This document shows positions 31,756 to 41,021 of a DNA stretch of 64,000 bases, piece by piece (position 1 is the first letter of the stretch; each line of letters starts with the position of its first letter). Below the pieces are notes generated by a model. That model did not search any database and was not told the origin of the DNA. It saw only the letters and a list, made by a program, of their open reading frames with translations. The position numbers were made by a program, and so were the translations under genes. Source of the stretch: Candidatus Binatia bacterium (GTDB taxonomy: Bacteria > Desulfobacterota > Binatia > UBA9968 > JAJDTQ01); assembly GCA_022823055.1 (NCBI GenBank), contig JAJDXX010000064.1:34788-98787 (forward strand), written 5' to 3'.

Positions 31756-31965
31756 AATGGAGAACAGCGTGTCTGACGGAGGCATTTCGGCCGCCAAGGC
31801 TGACGTGATTAGTGTACGGCGTTCTTTGCGCAGTAATACAAGGACAACGCCGCGTTGCTTGAGGTTGTAGGGCTGAAGAAACAGCGATCGGAGGTCGGTT
31901 TCAGGAAGTCTGAAACGTGACTCACAAGGTCGGACGGGCCCGTCGACTCCAGGCGGGCCCGCCTT

Positions 31966-32700
31966 CTACCTGGGATAGCGGACCTTCGCCGCCTGCAGGA
32001 GTGCCGCTTCGAAATCGGCGACGCTGAATCCAGGCTTGCGCGCGGCTTCGATGATGAAGGATTCCCGCTCGGCCATGACGGCCGCGGCGTCGAGAACGGC
32101 CTCGGCCGCATGATGTGGAATGACCACCGCCCCGTGTTGGTCCGCATGGATCAGATCGCCGTCGCTCACGGCCATTCCCTGGACTTCGACGTCGACGCCG
32201 AAATCCTCCACCCGGACATAGGCATGCGATGGGCCGATCATACCCGCAAGGAGTTGAAACCCCTCGGCATTGGCCGGGATGTCGCGGATCGAGCCGTTGG
32301 TTACGCAGCCCAGGGCGCCGAACCCTTGGTGGACGTTGGTAAACACCTCGCCCCAGAAGCTGCCATAACCAGGGATGTCATCGAGATCTTCGACGATGAT
32401 CACGGAAGGCGTCGGGCCAGCGGCGATATATTCGTAATAGCGAACCAGAACCTTGCGGAATTCCTCGGGTGTGCGGTCATGCGGATGCTGCGCTTTTATC
32501 GTCACGGTCCTGGCGAAGCCGACCATCGGAGGAAGCGAGGGGCGCGCGCAGACGAGGGGTCTTACGGTGTAGCCGTGGCCGCGTCGTTCGGGAACCACGA
32601 GTTCGAGAGCGTTGCACACCGTCGGCGTGTCGAGCGACCGCAATCGCTCAAGGAGAGCCGCGTCGATGTCGCGGCCGGGCTGCGCATCCTGTTTGGTCAT
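31966..32700 (-). CDS. RraA-family protein / 4-hydroxy-4-methyl-2-oxoglutarate-type aldolase
   Basis: ATG at 32700. ...FWGEVFTNVHQGFGALGCVTNGSIRD...DGDLIHADQHGAVVIP is typical of the RraA/HMG aldolase fold. Confidence 0.85.
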   Translation of the reverse strand: MTKQDAQPGRDIDAALLERLRSLDTPTVCNALELVVPERRGHGYTVRPLVCARPSLPPMVGFARTVTIKAQHPHDRTPEEFRKVLVRYYEYIAAGPTPSVIIVEDLDDIPGYGSFWGEVFTNVHQGFGALGCVTNGSIRDIPANAEGFQLLAGMIGPSHAYVRVEDFGVDVEVQGMAVSDGDLIHADQHGAVVIPHHAAEAVLDAAAVMAERESFIIEAARKPGFSVADFEAALLQAAKVRYPR

Positions 32701-32842
32701 CGTATCGCTCCCGTTCCGTACGCTTGTTGCATTCGGTTGCCCGCGAAGAAATATCGACATTCAAGAGTTGGCTTCTATGTTTACCGAGATTTGATGGGGC
32801 CGCAAGCAGTATCGAGCTCCATCGCCAGCGGAAAGGAAGATC

Positions 32843-33592
32843 ATGGACAATCTTGAGGGTCGGGTGGCCCTGGTTACCGGCGGCAGCCGCGGAATCGGCG
32901 CGGCAGTGGCAAGCCGTTTCGCCGAGCGGGGCGCGCAGGTCATCGTCCTGCACAGCAGCAGCCCGGATGAAGCCCGGGAGGTCATAGGCAAACTCCCGGG
33001 ATCCGGGCATCGGCATGTACAGGCGTCGGTGACGGATTCGGAGGCGCTTGGGAAAATCAGGGAAAGCGTTCTGGCTCAGGAAGGCCGGCTCAACTACCTG
33101 GTCAACAACGCCGGCTGGAGCACCGTCATCCCGCACAAGGATCTGGATGGTCTGACCGACGACATATTCGACAGGATCTTCGCCATCAACGTCGCCGGTG
33201 TGTTCCGCTGTTGCCGCGCCTTCGGACCGATCATCAAGTCATCGCCGGGTGGCGGCGCGATCATCAACATTTCCTCCAACGCGGCGCGCACCGGCATGGG
33301 CAGCAACGTCGCCTACTGCGCCTCCAAGGCCGCGGTGGAGAGCATGACGCAGACCCTCGCGCGCGTCTTTTGTCCCGAAGTTCGGGTATTGGCGGTGGCG
33401 CCGGGCATGACGTTGACGCCCTTGGCGCAGATGTGGGGTGAGGAAGAACTGAACAAGCGCGCTCAGCTAAACGCCATGAAGCGCCACGCGAGCCCGGACG
33501 AGGTCGCCGGCGCGGTCGTCGCCGCGGCCGCGGACTTCACATTCGCGACGGGAAACGTGCTGCTGACCGACGGTGGTCGATGGTTGTTCTGA
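32843..33592 (+). CDS. SDR-family oxidoreductase
   Basis: TGGSRGIG cofactor motif, NNAG, and the YCASK catalytic motif. Confidence 0.92.
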   Translation: MDNLEGRVALVTGGSRGIGAAVASRFAERGAQVIVLHSSSPDEAREVIGKLPGSGHRHVQASVTDSEALGKIRESVLAQEGRLNYLVNNAGWSTVIPHKDLDGLTDDIFDRIFAINVAGVFRCCRAFGPIIKSSPGGGAIINISSNAARTGMGSNVAYCASKAAVESMTQTLARVFCPEVRVLAVAPGMTLTPLAQMWGEEELNKRAQLNAMKRHASPDEVAGAVVAAAADFTFATGNVLLTDGGRWLF

Positions 33593-33622
33593 AACCTGCT
33601 ACAAGTCACGTCCACAGAGACC

Positions 33623-34723
33623 ATGGGCAGGATCAAGAACCTCGACGAGATCAAGGCCATGGTGCGCGAGCGCACCGGCAAGCGCACGGTTTTCCGCGGC
33701 GCCCGGATCGAGGACGTGGAGCCGGTGCTCGACCGGCTCACGACCAAGGACCCGGAACTCTGGGCGGCCGAGTGGTCGCGAGCGGCGGAGCCTTACGCGG
33801 AAGCCGGCGAGGCGCACGAGGCTGCGGGACGCGCGGCGGAGGCGCGAGAGGCCTTCCTCATGGCCTACGTGTACTACACCATCGGGCGCTATCCCGTGCC
33901 CCTCTCGCCGCGGAAGCAGGACTGCGCGCGCAAGAGCCTGGAGCTGTACCTGCGCGCCGCGCGCCACTTCACGCCGGCGCTTGAGGTCCTGGAGATCCCC
34001 TACCCCGGCGATCTGGTGATCCGCGCCTTCCTGCGCAAGCCCGAGAGTGTGAGTCCCTGCCCGGTGGTGATCAACTTCGGCGGGATAGACTCCTACAAGC
34101 CGGAATGCCACGAGTACGACGAGGCGTTGCTAAACGCGGGGCTGGGGGTCTGCGCCATGGACATGCCCGGAGTGGGAGAGGCTCCCATCAAGGGCTCCAC
34201 CACGGCCGAGAGCATGTTCGGCGCGGTCATCGACTATCTGTGTGGACGTGAAGACGTGGATGCGCGGCGCATCGCCATCCTGGGACGCAGCTTCGGCGGC
34301 TACTGGTCCGCCAAGATGAGCTTCGTGGAGCCGGAGCGGCTACGCGCGTCGGTGGTATGGGGCGGCGGGGTCCACTACAACTTCCAGGCGGAGTGGGTGC
34401 GCCGGTCCACCAACGCCGAAAGCTACCTCATGGACCACGAGATCTGCCGCGCCAGCGCCTTCGGCCTGCGCGACCTGGAGGACTTGGTTTCGTACTTCCC
34501 GTCGCTGTCCTTGAAGACCCAGGGGCTGCTGGACAAGCCCTCCTGTCCCATGCTGATCGTCAACGGCAAGAACGACCTGCAGACCCCCATCGAGGACCTG
34601 TATCTGCTGCTGGAACACGGCGGCCCCAAGACCGCCCGGGTCTTCCCCGGAGGCCACATGGGCCAGACGCCGCACACCCTTCCCACCATCGTCCGCTGGC
34701 TCCAGTGGGAACTGCAAAAATAA
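33623..34723 (+). CDS. alpha/beta hydrolase (FrsA/DUF1100-like)
   Basis: 366 aa. Nucleophile elbow GRSFGG. The N-terminal helical cap region resembles FrsA-type esterases. Confidence 0.7.
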   Translation: MGRIKNLDEIKAMVRERTGKRTVFRGARIEDVEPVLDRLTTKDPELWAAEWSRAAEPYAEAGEAHEAAGRAAEAREAFLMAYVYYTIGRYPVPLSPRKQDCARKSLELYLRAARHFTPALEVLEIPYPGDLVIRAFLRKPESVSPCPVVINFGGIDSYKPECHEYDEALLNAGLGVCAMDMPGVGEAPIKGSTTAESMFGAVIDYLCGREDVDARRIAILGRSFGGYWSAKMSFVEPERLRASVVWGGGVHYNFQAEWVRRSTNAESYLMDHEICRASAFGLRDLEDLVSYFPSLSLKTQGLLDKPSCPMLIVNGKNDLQTPIEDLYLLLEHGGPKTARVFPGGHMGQTPHTLPTIVRWLQWELQK

Positions 34724-34736
34724 TCGTGCGGACGAT

Positions 34737-34766
34737 CGTTCGGCTCTTGCAAATTGGCGCCGAACG
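34737..34766 (+). terminator. stem-loop CGTTCGGC-N14-GCCGAACG
   Basis: An 8-bp stem lies 14 nt after the hydrolase stop. There is no T-tract, so it could instead be an operator for the downstream gene. Confidence 0.3.
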
Positions 34767-34888
34767 GAGTATGGATAGTTCTACACCCATCAAACCTCAG
34801 GCGAAGTCTCCCGTCGGTGCAGCCGGCGAGGAGTCAGCTTGGGACAATATTTCGTACTAACGTTCATTACGGAATCAAGGAGGAGACC

Positions 34889-36004
34889 ATGTTGATAAAG
34901 AAGGAAAGGATCGACACCTTCGACGATTGGGTGGATGCGTTCCACCAGTGGCACGACGACATCGGCTACCCCATGGAGTTGATCGGCGGCGACTACACCT
35001 TCGAGACCAAACTCGACGACGTGGAGAGCAACGAGATCGAGTTTGGCGAGTACGCCGGCCGGCCCAAGTGGGAGAAGGTGACGGACATCCCCGACCAGCG
35101 CATCCAGGACGCGCTGGCGCACCTGATCGAGTTCCAGGGCGACACCGAGTTCGCCTCGGTGGAGCAGCAGACCAACCTCATCGAGCGCGCGCCCACCGAC
35201 GTGGACCTGAAGAACCTGATCCGCATCAACCGCGAGGAGATGCGCCACGGCTGGCAGATGGCCTACGTGCTGGTGACCCAGTTCGGCGAGTCCGGCAAGC
35301 GCCAGTCCCAGCGGCTGCTGGAGCGGCGCGCGTCCGAGGGTTCGCGCCTGCTGGACTCCTTCAACCAGCCCGTGCGCAACTGGCTCGACTTCTTCGTCTA
35401 CACGAGCTTCATCGACCGCGACGGCAAGTACCAGTTGAACATGCTGAGCCGGAGCGCTTTCGCCCCGCTGGGCCGGAGCACCCTGCCCATGCTGAAGGAA
35501 GAGGCCTACCACCTGGCCCAAGGGAACATCGGCCTGATGCGCATCGTCAAGGCCGGCAAGATCCCCATGCCCATCATCCAGAAGTACTTCAACAAGTGGA
35601 TCTCCACCGCCTACGACCTGTTCGGGCAGGACGAGTCCAGCTCGGCCCACTGGGCCTATGTCTGGGGTCTCAAGGGGCGCTACGACGAGCACCTGTACGA
35701 CGAGCCGGCGGACATGGACCGGTTGAACGAGCTGTCGAGGACCACCTTCTTCAAGGAGGTGCAGGCGCTGGTGGACGCGTTGAACCACAACATCGCCGAC
35801 GGCCAGCCCGAGCTGACGATTCCCAGCGACAAGTTCCGTCGCTACATCGGCAACTACGCCGGCCAGCCCTACAGCATCACCGGCGAGCTGCTCTCCGACG
35901 AAGACTACGCGAAGCACCTGGAAGAGGTGATGCCCTCGGACGCCGACGACGAGCTCGTCATCGGCATGGAAAAGGAAGGCGGCTGGATCCTCGACCCGAG
36001 GTAA
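34889..36004 (+). CDS. BoxB-like diiron oxygenase (benzoyl-CoA 2,3-epoxidase component B family)
   Basis: ATG at 34889 after AAGGAGGAG. Two diiron motifs, NREEMRHGW and MLKEEAYHL. GDTEFASVEQQ, DRDGKYQL and GLKGRYDE match my recollection of BoxB. Confidence 0.75.
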   Translation: MLIKKERIDTFDDWVDAFHQWHDDIGYPMELIGGDYTFETKLDDVESNEIEFGEYAGRPKWEKVTDIPDQRIQDALAHLIEFQGDTEFASVEQQTNLIERAPTDVDLKNLIRINREEMRHGWQMAYVLVTQFGESGKRQSQRLLERRASEGSRLLDSFNQPVRNWLDFFVYTSFIDRDGKYQLNMLSRSAFAPLGRSTLPMLKEEAYHLAQGNIGLMRIVKAGKIPMPIIQKYFNKWISTAYDLFGQDESSSAHWAYVWGLKGRYDEHLYDEPADMDRLNELSRTTFFKEVQALVDALNHNIADGQPELTIPSDKFRRYIGNYAGQPYSITGELLSDEDYAKHLEEVMPSDADDELVIGMEKEGGWILDPR

Positions 36005-36039
36005 TCCGGGGAACGACGAATTTCGCGACCGGCGCGGGC

Positions 36040-37302
36040 CTACGACTCGACATCAAGCCCGTAGGCCCGCGCCATCACGATGATGGGGTGCACCGGCTTG
36101 TTGCCGGTCCCCTGCTCCACCTGAACCGCCGACAGCGGACAGTCCGTCACCGTACAGGCGTCATCCGACCGCATGAACTTGAACAGCGGCCGGCCCACCT
36201 GCATCGACGCCTCGAAGTTCTCCTTCTTGACGCTCCAGGTCCCGTCGTGCCCGCTGCAGCACTGCATGCGGGAAACCTCCGAGTCCGGGATGAGCTGCAT
36301 CAGCTCCTGGGCCTTGAAGCCGATGTTCTGGGCCTTGAGATGACACGGCTGGTGATAGCGGATCTTGCCCGCGGCCTGGGTGAAGTCGACGTCCAGCTTG
36401 CCGCCCTCGTGTAGCTGCACCAGGTACTCCGACAGGTCCAGGGTGTTCTCCGCCACCAGCCGCGTGTCGTCGGTGGGCAGCATGCGCGGGTAGTCCTGCT
36501 TGAGCATGTAGCTGCAGCTCGCGGTGGGCACCACGATCTTGTACCCCTGCCGCACCGCCTCGCTCAGACTCTTGACGTTGGCCTCGATCTTCTTCACCGC
36601 CTCGTCCAGCAGACCCACGTCGATGAACGGCATGCCGCAGCACTGCTGCTCGGGGACGGCGCACTCGACGCCGTTCTTCTCCAACACCCCCACCGCCGCC
36701 TTGCCGATGTCCGGCTCGTTGTAGTTGACGGTGCAGGTGTAGAAGAGCGCCGCCTTCTCCCCGCGGTTCTCCTTGGGCGCCGCCGGGCGCCGGCGGATCC
36801 ACTTGGCGAAGGTCTGCCCGTGATAGGCCGGCAGCAGCCGGTCGCGGTGCACGCCCAGGTACTTCTCCATGAGGCCGCGCACGAACGGGGTCCGGTTGGC
36901 CCAGTTGACCAAGGGGGCGAACCAGCTCGCCAGCTTCCCGGCCCGGTCCGTATCCCCCATCAGTCGATCGGCCCGTGTCACGCCCTTTTCCCTGGCCTCC
37001 ACGAGGGTCGCCCGCATCATGGTCCTGGGGAAGTCGATGTCCCATTCGTGGGGCGGCACGTAGGGGCAGATGGGGTCGCAGAGCTTGCACTGATAGCACT
37101 GGTCCACCACCGACTTCATCTGCTCATCCTTGAGGGAAGTGGCGTCACCGAAGTTCTCGTCCATCATCTGGAACAGGCTCACGAAGGACGGACACAGGGT
37201 GTGGCACAGCGTACAGCCGTAGCAGATGTCGAACACGCGATCGAGTTCCTTGCGCAGGGCTCCCTTGTCCCAGAACGCCGGTGTCTTGGGTTCAAAGCTC
37301 AT
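36040..37302 (-). CDS. Fe-S oxidoreductase with two 4Fe-4S motifs and two CCG domains (HdrD/GlpC/LutA-like)
   Basis: CYGCTLCHTLCP and CYQCKLCDPICP motifs. CCG motifs QCCGMPF and MQCCSGHDG. Confidence 0.88.
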   Translation of the reverse strand: MSFEPKTPAFWDKGALRKELDRVFDICYGCTLCHTLCPSFVSLFQMMDENFGDATSLKDEQMKSVVDQCYQCKLCDPICPYVPPHEWDIDFPRTMMRATLVEAREKGVTRADRLMGDTDRAGKLASWFAPLVNWANRTPFVRGLMEKYLGVHRDRLLPAYHGQTFAKWIRRRPAAPKENRGEKAALFYTCTVNYNEPDIGKAAVGVLEKNGVECAVPEQQCCGMPFIDVGLLDEAVKKIEANVKSLSEAVRQGYKIVVPTASCSYMLKQDYPRMLPTDDTRLVAENTLDLSEYLVQLHEGGKLDVDFTQAAGKIRYHQPCHLKAQNIGFKAQELMQLIPDSEVSRMQCCSGHDGTWSVKKENFEASMQVGRPLFKFMRSDDACTVTDCPLSAVQVEQGTGNKPVHPIIVMARAYGLDVES

Positions 37303-37391
37303 GAATGCGGTTTCCTCCTCGGAGATGTTCGCATGAAGGCGCGATGAAGGGGGATCTTAAGGGTTTCGTCCGTGAAAAGTAAGAAACGAGG

Positions 37392-37418
37392 CTAAATTTA
37401 TGCGGGCAACTAAATTTA
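37392..37418. promoter_or_regulatory. two copies of CTAAATTTA (each containing the palindrome TAAATTTA), 18-bp period
   Basis: An AT-rich pair lies about 90-110 nt upstream of the Fe-S gene start, in otherwise GC-rich DNA. Confidence 0.4.
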
Positions 37419-37435
37419 GTCGTCGCTCTAATCGA

Positions 37436-38575
37436 CTACAAATCAAGCTGCTGCTTCAGGATACGGAAAATCAGACCGTAGAAACGGCAGCAGGAGGGCA
37501 ACGTCGCCGTCAGGAACTCGCGGATGGATTGCACCGACAGCCGCGCGTCCACGTGGCTCACCACCTTCAGGACGGCAACGTAGACGCGGCTCGGGTCCGG
37601 TAGTGCATCCGCCAGCCGAAGGCTCTCGGTGGACGGGATCAGCGGATCGGTGTCGCCGTGGCCGATGAGGACCCGCGCCGTGACCTGCGGGACCACCGGG
37701 GGCAGAGAGAGGCCCTCCAGGTAGTGCCGCACGCCGGGTTCGGTCGCCTCCACGAGACCCTGGACTCGGGCCGGGTCCTGATTCCGAATCAAGTCATACA
37801 CGGCGCGTCCGTCTTCCGTGAGTCGTTCCGGCGGGATCACCGGCGCCTCCCCGTCCCATCTGGTGACGCCGGCGTTGGCCTCCCGCTGCATGTCATCGAG
37901 CAGGCCCGACAGCACCCTGCGATCCTCCTCGACCGTCACATGGACCAGGAGGTTCTTCACGAACACGTACCTTGCGTAGATCTCCGGCGGTTCGACGTGC
38001 CGGTGGCCCCGGTACTCGTCCCGGCCGGTGGTCAGGTAGCGGATTATGTTGACCGTGTCGTAGTAGCCGCCGAAGGACACCACGAACTTCACCCTATCCC
38101 GAATCGACGGGTCCGCCGCGGCCTTCAGGGTCGGACCGGCGGCAAAGCTGATGCCCAACAGGCCGGAACGGGTTTCGTCCACCTCCTCCCGCGAGAGCAT
38201 GAAGCGAAAAGCGGCCGTGATGTCCTCGGACTCCGCCATCTCCAGCCGAAGGGACTTGAGCCCCTCGAGCTCGGGCACCAGGACGGCGAACCCGCAGGAA
38301 GCGAGTTCGTTCGCCAGCGCCACCAGGCGCGGGTCGTCCTTGCCCGTGTCGAGCACCCCGTGGGTGACGAGCAGACCGGCGCGCGGCTGCACATGCTGGA
38401 CCGCGTAGAGATCGGCCACCATGTGCCGTTCGCCGTCGGCGATGGCGAGGGTACGAACGACGGGCTTGCGCCTGCGCCAACCCCGAAGGAGCTTCCTCAA
38501 ACCCTCGCCGCCCAACAGATGGAGCAGCAGCGCAAAACTCAGGAGCGTGATCCGGACGTGTGAAAGGATGGACAA
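37436..38575 (-). CDS. membrane-anchored alpha/beta-hydrolase-like protein
   Basis: 379 aa. N-terminal hydrophobic helix. ...LLVTHGVLDTGKDDPRLV... and a GISFAAG nucleophile-elbow-like motif. Confidence 0.6.
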   Translation of the reverse strand: MSILSHVRITLLSFALLLHLLGGEGLRKLLRGWRRRKPVVRTLAIADGERHMVADLYAVQHVQPRAGLLVTHGVLDTGKDDPRLVALANELASCGFAVLVPELEGLKSLRLEMAESEDITAAFRFMLSREEVDETRSGLLGISFAAGPTLKAAADPSIRDRVKFVVSFGGYYDTVNIIRYLTTGRDEYRGHRHVEPPEIYARYVFVKNLLVHVTVEEDRRVLSGLLDDMQREANAGVTRWDGEAPVIPPERLTEDGRAVYDLIRNQDPARVQGLVEATEPGVRHYLEGLSLPPVVPQVTARVLIGHGDTDPLIPSTESLRLADALPDPSRVYVAVLKVVSHVDARLSVQSIREFLTATLPSCCRFYGLIFRILKQQLDL

Positions 38576-38631
38576 GGGCGGCGTACGTCACCCCGGCTCG
38601 ACCCGGAGCCCTCCTCGCCTGACACCCGAAC

Positions 38632-38719
38632 GAGCCCCGACAGGGCTCCCGTCGCCGGCGCGGTGCCGGCCACGGGAGCCCCGCGGGTGTGGCAGCGGGT
38701 TCACACGGGGGAACCCGCT
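38632..38719. repeat. cluster of three GC-rich stem-loops (two mutually exclusive)
   Basis: The three stem-loops are GAGCCC/GGGCTC, GGGCTCCCGT..ACGGGAGCCC (with an inner GCCGGC pair) and AGCGGGTTC/GAACCCGCT. The last abuts the stop of the BNR gene. Confidence 0.6.
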
Positions 38720-39830
38720 AGTGATGCGCGGCCTCACCCTCCAGGGCGAGGTTGATGTGGTGGTGCGACTTGGACACCGGGCCGATGCCCCTGGCGAGGG
38801 TGGTCCAGTGCTCGCCCTCGTCGTCGCTGTAGAAGACGTCGCCGTCGGTGGTGCCGGCGAAGATGGCGTACCCGCCGTTCCAGGCATCCATGCACATGGC
38901 CTCGATGTTGGCGCGGATGTGCTCGGGCAGGCCCTCGCCCAGGATGTCCCAGGTCTGGCCGCCGTCACGGCTGCGCGCCACGCGCGCGTCCGCGGTGTGC
39001 AGCTTGCGCCACGTGCCCGGGCCGGTCTTGGCGCCGGCCACGAACAGCAGGTTGGAGTCCTGCGGATGGACGAAGAACGGGTCCACGTAGCCGATGCGGA
39101 AGTCCCGCGGGGTCATGTTTTGCCAAGTGGCGCCGCCGTCGCCGCTCACGCAGAAACCCGCCATGACCTCGGGGCCGCAGTTGGTGGTGGGCGCCGTGCC
39201 GTAGAGCTTGTCCGGGTCGTTGGACGGAATGAACACGCGGTGCGCGTCCGGATTGATGTTGTCGATGGTGCTCCAGGTCTCGCCGCCGTCCGTGCTGCGC
39301 AGGAACCCGCCCACCTCCACCGCCACGTGAATGATGTTGGGGTCCGTGGGATGGAACGTGATGCTCTTGGCATGGGCCTGGTGCGGCGGTCCCGGAAAAG
39401 TCCACTTCTCGACGCCGGGGACCTGGCGCAACCCCGGCAGGTCGGTCCAGCTCTTGCCGAGGTCGTCGCTGTAGTAGAGATGCGCGGGCTGCGTGCCGGC
39501 GTAGACCCTGGGCTTGCCGTCCACCACCTGGGTGGCCAGCGAGTAGATCTCCTTGTCGCCGATGCCGCTGTCGCGCTTCTCCCAGGTGCCGCCCTCGTCG
39601 GCGCTGGCGTAGACCTCGCAGCCGTAGGTGCCCGCCAGCAGCGTCCCGGTCGTGGGCTCGAAGATCACGGCGCTGACGTGTTTACCGGGCAGGTGCACGT
39701 TGTCCTGCCGCCACGAGCCGTTGTCCCGGCGGAACGAGAAGACGCCGTCCACGGTGCCTACCAGGAGCTTGTCGCCGGCGGTTTCGCCGTGGGTGAGCAA
39801 CTGGCCTCCAGGGGATAGACAGACGAACAT
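38718..39830 (-). CDS. BNR/Asp-box repeat beta-propeller protein (Ycf48/sialidase-like fold)
   Basis: Repeated SxDxGxTW motifs (SADEGGTWE, SDDLGKSWT, STDGGETWS, SGDGGATWQ, SRDGGQTWD, SDDEGEHWT). Confidence 0.85.
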   Translation of the reverse strand: MFVCLSPGGQLLTHGETAGDKLLVGTVDGVFSFRRDNGSWRQDNVHLPGKHVSAVIFEPTTGTLLAGTYGCEVYASADEGGTWEKRDSGIGDKEIYSLATQVVDGKPRVYAGTQPAHLYYSDDLGKSWTDLPGLRQVPGVEKWTFPGPPHQAHAKSITFHPTDPNIIHVAVEVGGFLRSTDGGETWSTIDNINPDAHRVFIPSNDPDKLYGTAPTTNCGPEVMAGFCVSGDGGATWQNMTPRDFRIGYVDPFFVHPQDSNLLFVAGAKTGPGTWRKLHTADARVARSRDGGQTWDILGEGLPEHIRANIEAMCMDAWNGGYAIFAGTTDGDVFYSDDEGEHWTTLARGIGPVSKSHHHINLALEGEAAHH

Positions 39831-40127
39831 GATCAGTCCTCCTTCGCGCTATTTGCCTTTGTGTTTGATGCGCCTGTGAATCGCGGGCCGTTTCCGGTCC
39901 GGCGTCTTGGGCACACCGTCCGGGTCCGGGGGTTTGAAGCCGGTCCCCCATTCGGCCCCGCGTCCTGCCTGTCCAATCTACTGAAGCCCCCGCCACGCCG
40001 TCAAGACGCGCGGGGTTGAATTTCCCGGCGCCTTGGTATTAGTTCTCACAGCGAACGGGGCGCCGCACGAGACCCTCGCGGCGTCCGGAGTCGGTTCCAA
40101 CCCAGGCAAATCCTGAAGGAGGTAATC

Positions 40128-40883
40128 ATGTACACGACCGACCAATACGAGGGCATGCTGGCCGAGACCATCACCATCCAGGGCCACAACGGCGACACCA
40201 TCAACGCCTATTACGCGCGTCCGCTGGGCGCGGGGCCGTTCCCCGGCGTGGTGGCCATCCACCACCTGCCCGGCTGGGACGAGTGGTACCGGGAAGCCAC
40301 GCGCCGGCTCGCGCACCACGGCTTCGCCACCATCTCGCCGGACCTTTATCATCGGGCCGGCGCCGGCACGCCGGAAGACGTGGCCGCCAAGATCCGCGCC
40401 GACGGCGGCGTGGCCGACGACCAGGTGGTGGGCGACCTCGCGGGCGCCATGAAGTACCTGCGCTCCATGCCCTACCACAACGGCAAGGTGGGCATCTGGG
40501 GCACCTGCTCCGGCGGGCGCCACGCCTTCCTGACCGCCTGCCGCGCCGAGGGCTTCGACGCGGTGGTGGAGTGCTGGGGCGGCCGCGTGGTTGCCAGCGG
40601 CGACGACCTCACCGAGAAGCAGCCCGTCGCCCCCATCGACTACACCGCCGACCTCTCGTGCCCGATCCTGGGCATCTTCGGCAACGACGACAAGAGCCCC
40701 TCGCCGGAACAGGTGGACCAGCACGAGGCCGAGCTCAAGAAGCACGGCAAGGACTACGAGTTCCACCGCTACGACGGCGCCGGCCACGGTTTCTTCTACT
40801 ACGACCGTCCCGTCTACCGTCAGGAGCAGGCCGTGGACGGCTGGAAGAAGCTCCTGGAGTTCTTCGGCAAGCAGCTCGGCTAG
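40128..40883 (+). CDS. dienelactone hydrolase family protein
   Basis: 251 aa after GAAGGAGG. ...FPGVVAIHHLPGWDEW...GIWGTCSGGRHAF (Cys nucleophile context). Confidence 0.85.
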   Translation: MYTTDQYEGMLAETITIQGHNGDTINAYYARPLGAGPFPGVVAIHHLPGWDEWYREATRRLAHHGFATISPDLYHRAGAGTPEDVAAKIRADGGVADDQVVGDLAGAMKYLRSMPYHNGKVGIWGTCSGGRHAFLTACRAEGFDAVVECWGGRVVASGDDLTEKQPVAPIDYTADLSCPILGIFGNDDKSPSPEQVDQHEAELKKHGKDYEFHRYDGAGHGFFYYDRPVYRQEQAVDGWKKLLEFFGKQLG

Positions 40884-40903
40884 GATATTCGCCGCGAGAG
40901 CTT

Positions 40904-40936
40904 GGCGTCGGGGCGGGTTTCGAACCCGCCCGACGC
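40904..40936. repeat. GC-rich hairpin resembling a tRNA acceptor/T-arm minihelix (REP-like or terminator)
   Basis: GGCGTCGGGGCGGGTT-TCG-AACCCGCCCGACGCC lies 21 nt after the hydrolase stop. It contains a GGGTTTCGAACCC T-arm-like core. Confidence 0.6.
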
Positions 40937-41021
40937 CTCGGCGTGTAGCGGTTGCAGCCAGCCGCCAGGCGGACGGGCCGCACGCGCGGGTTCATTTCCG
41001 AAGAAGCGAAAGGAGACGACC

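Noticed and set aside
31756-31965. Possible small gene or sRNA in the 210-nt convergent spacer (37-codon ORF MENSVSDGG..., hairpins GTTTCAG-N5-CTGAAAC and GGGCCCG-N11-CGGGCCC)
   Set aside because: The ORF has no RBS and an unremarkable composition. The hairpins are adequately explained as terminators for the convergent dppF-like and RraA-like genes. Nothing distinguishes it without expression data.
40904-40936. Possible tRNA gene or fragment (GGGTTTCGAACCC T-arm-like core)
   Set aside because: Only an acceptor/T-arm-like hairpin is present. No D-arm, anticodon arm or CCA context is present, so it is treated as a hairpin or REP-like element.
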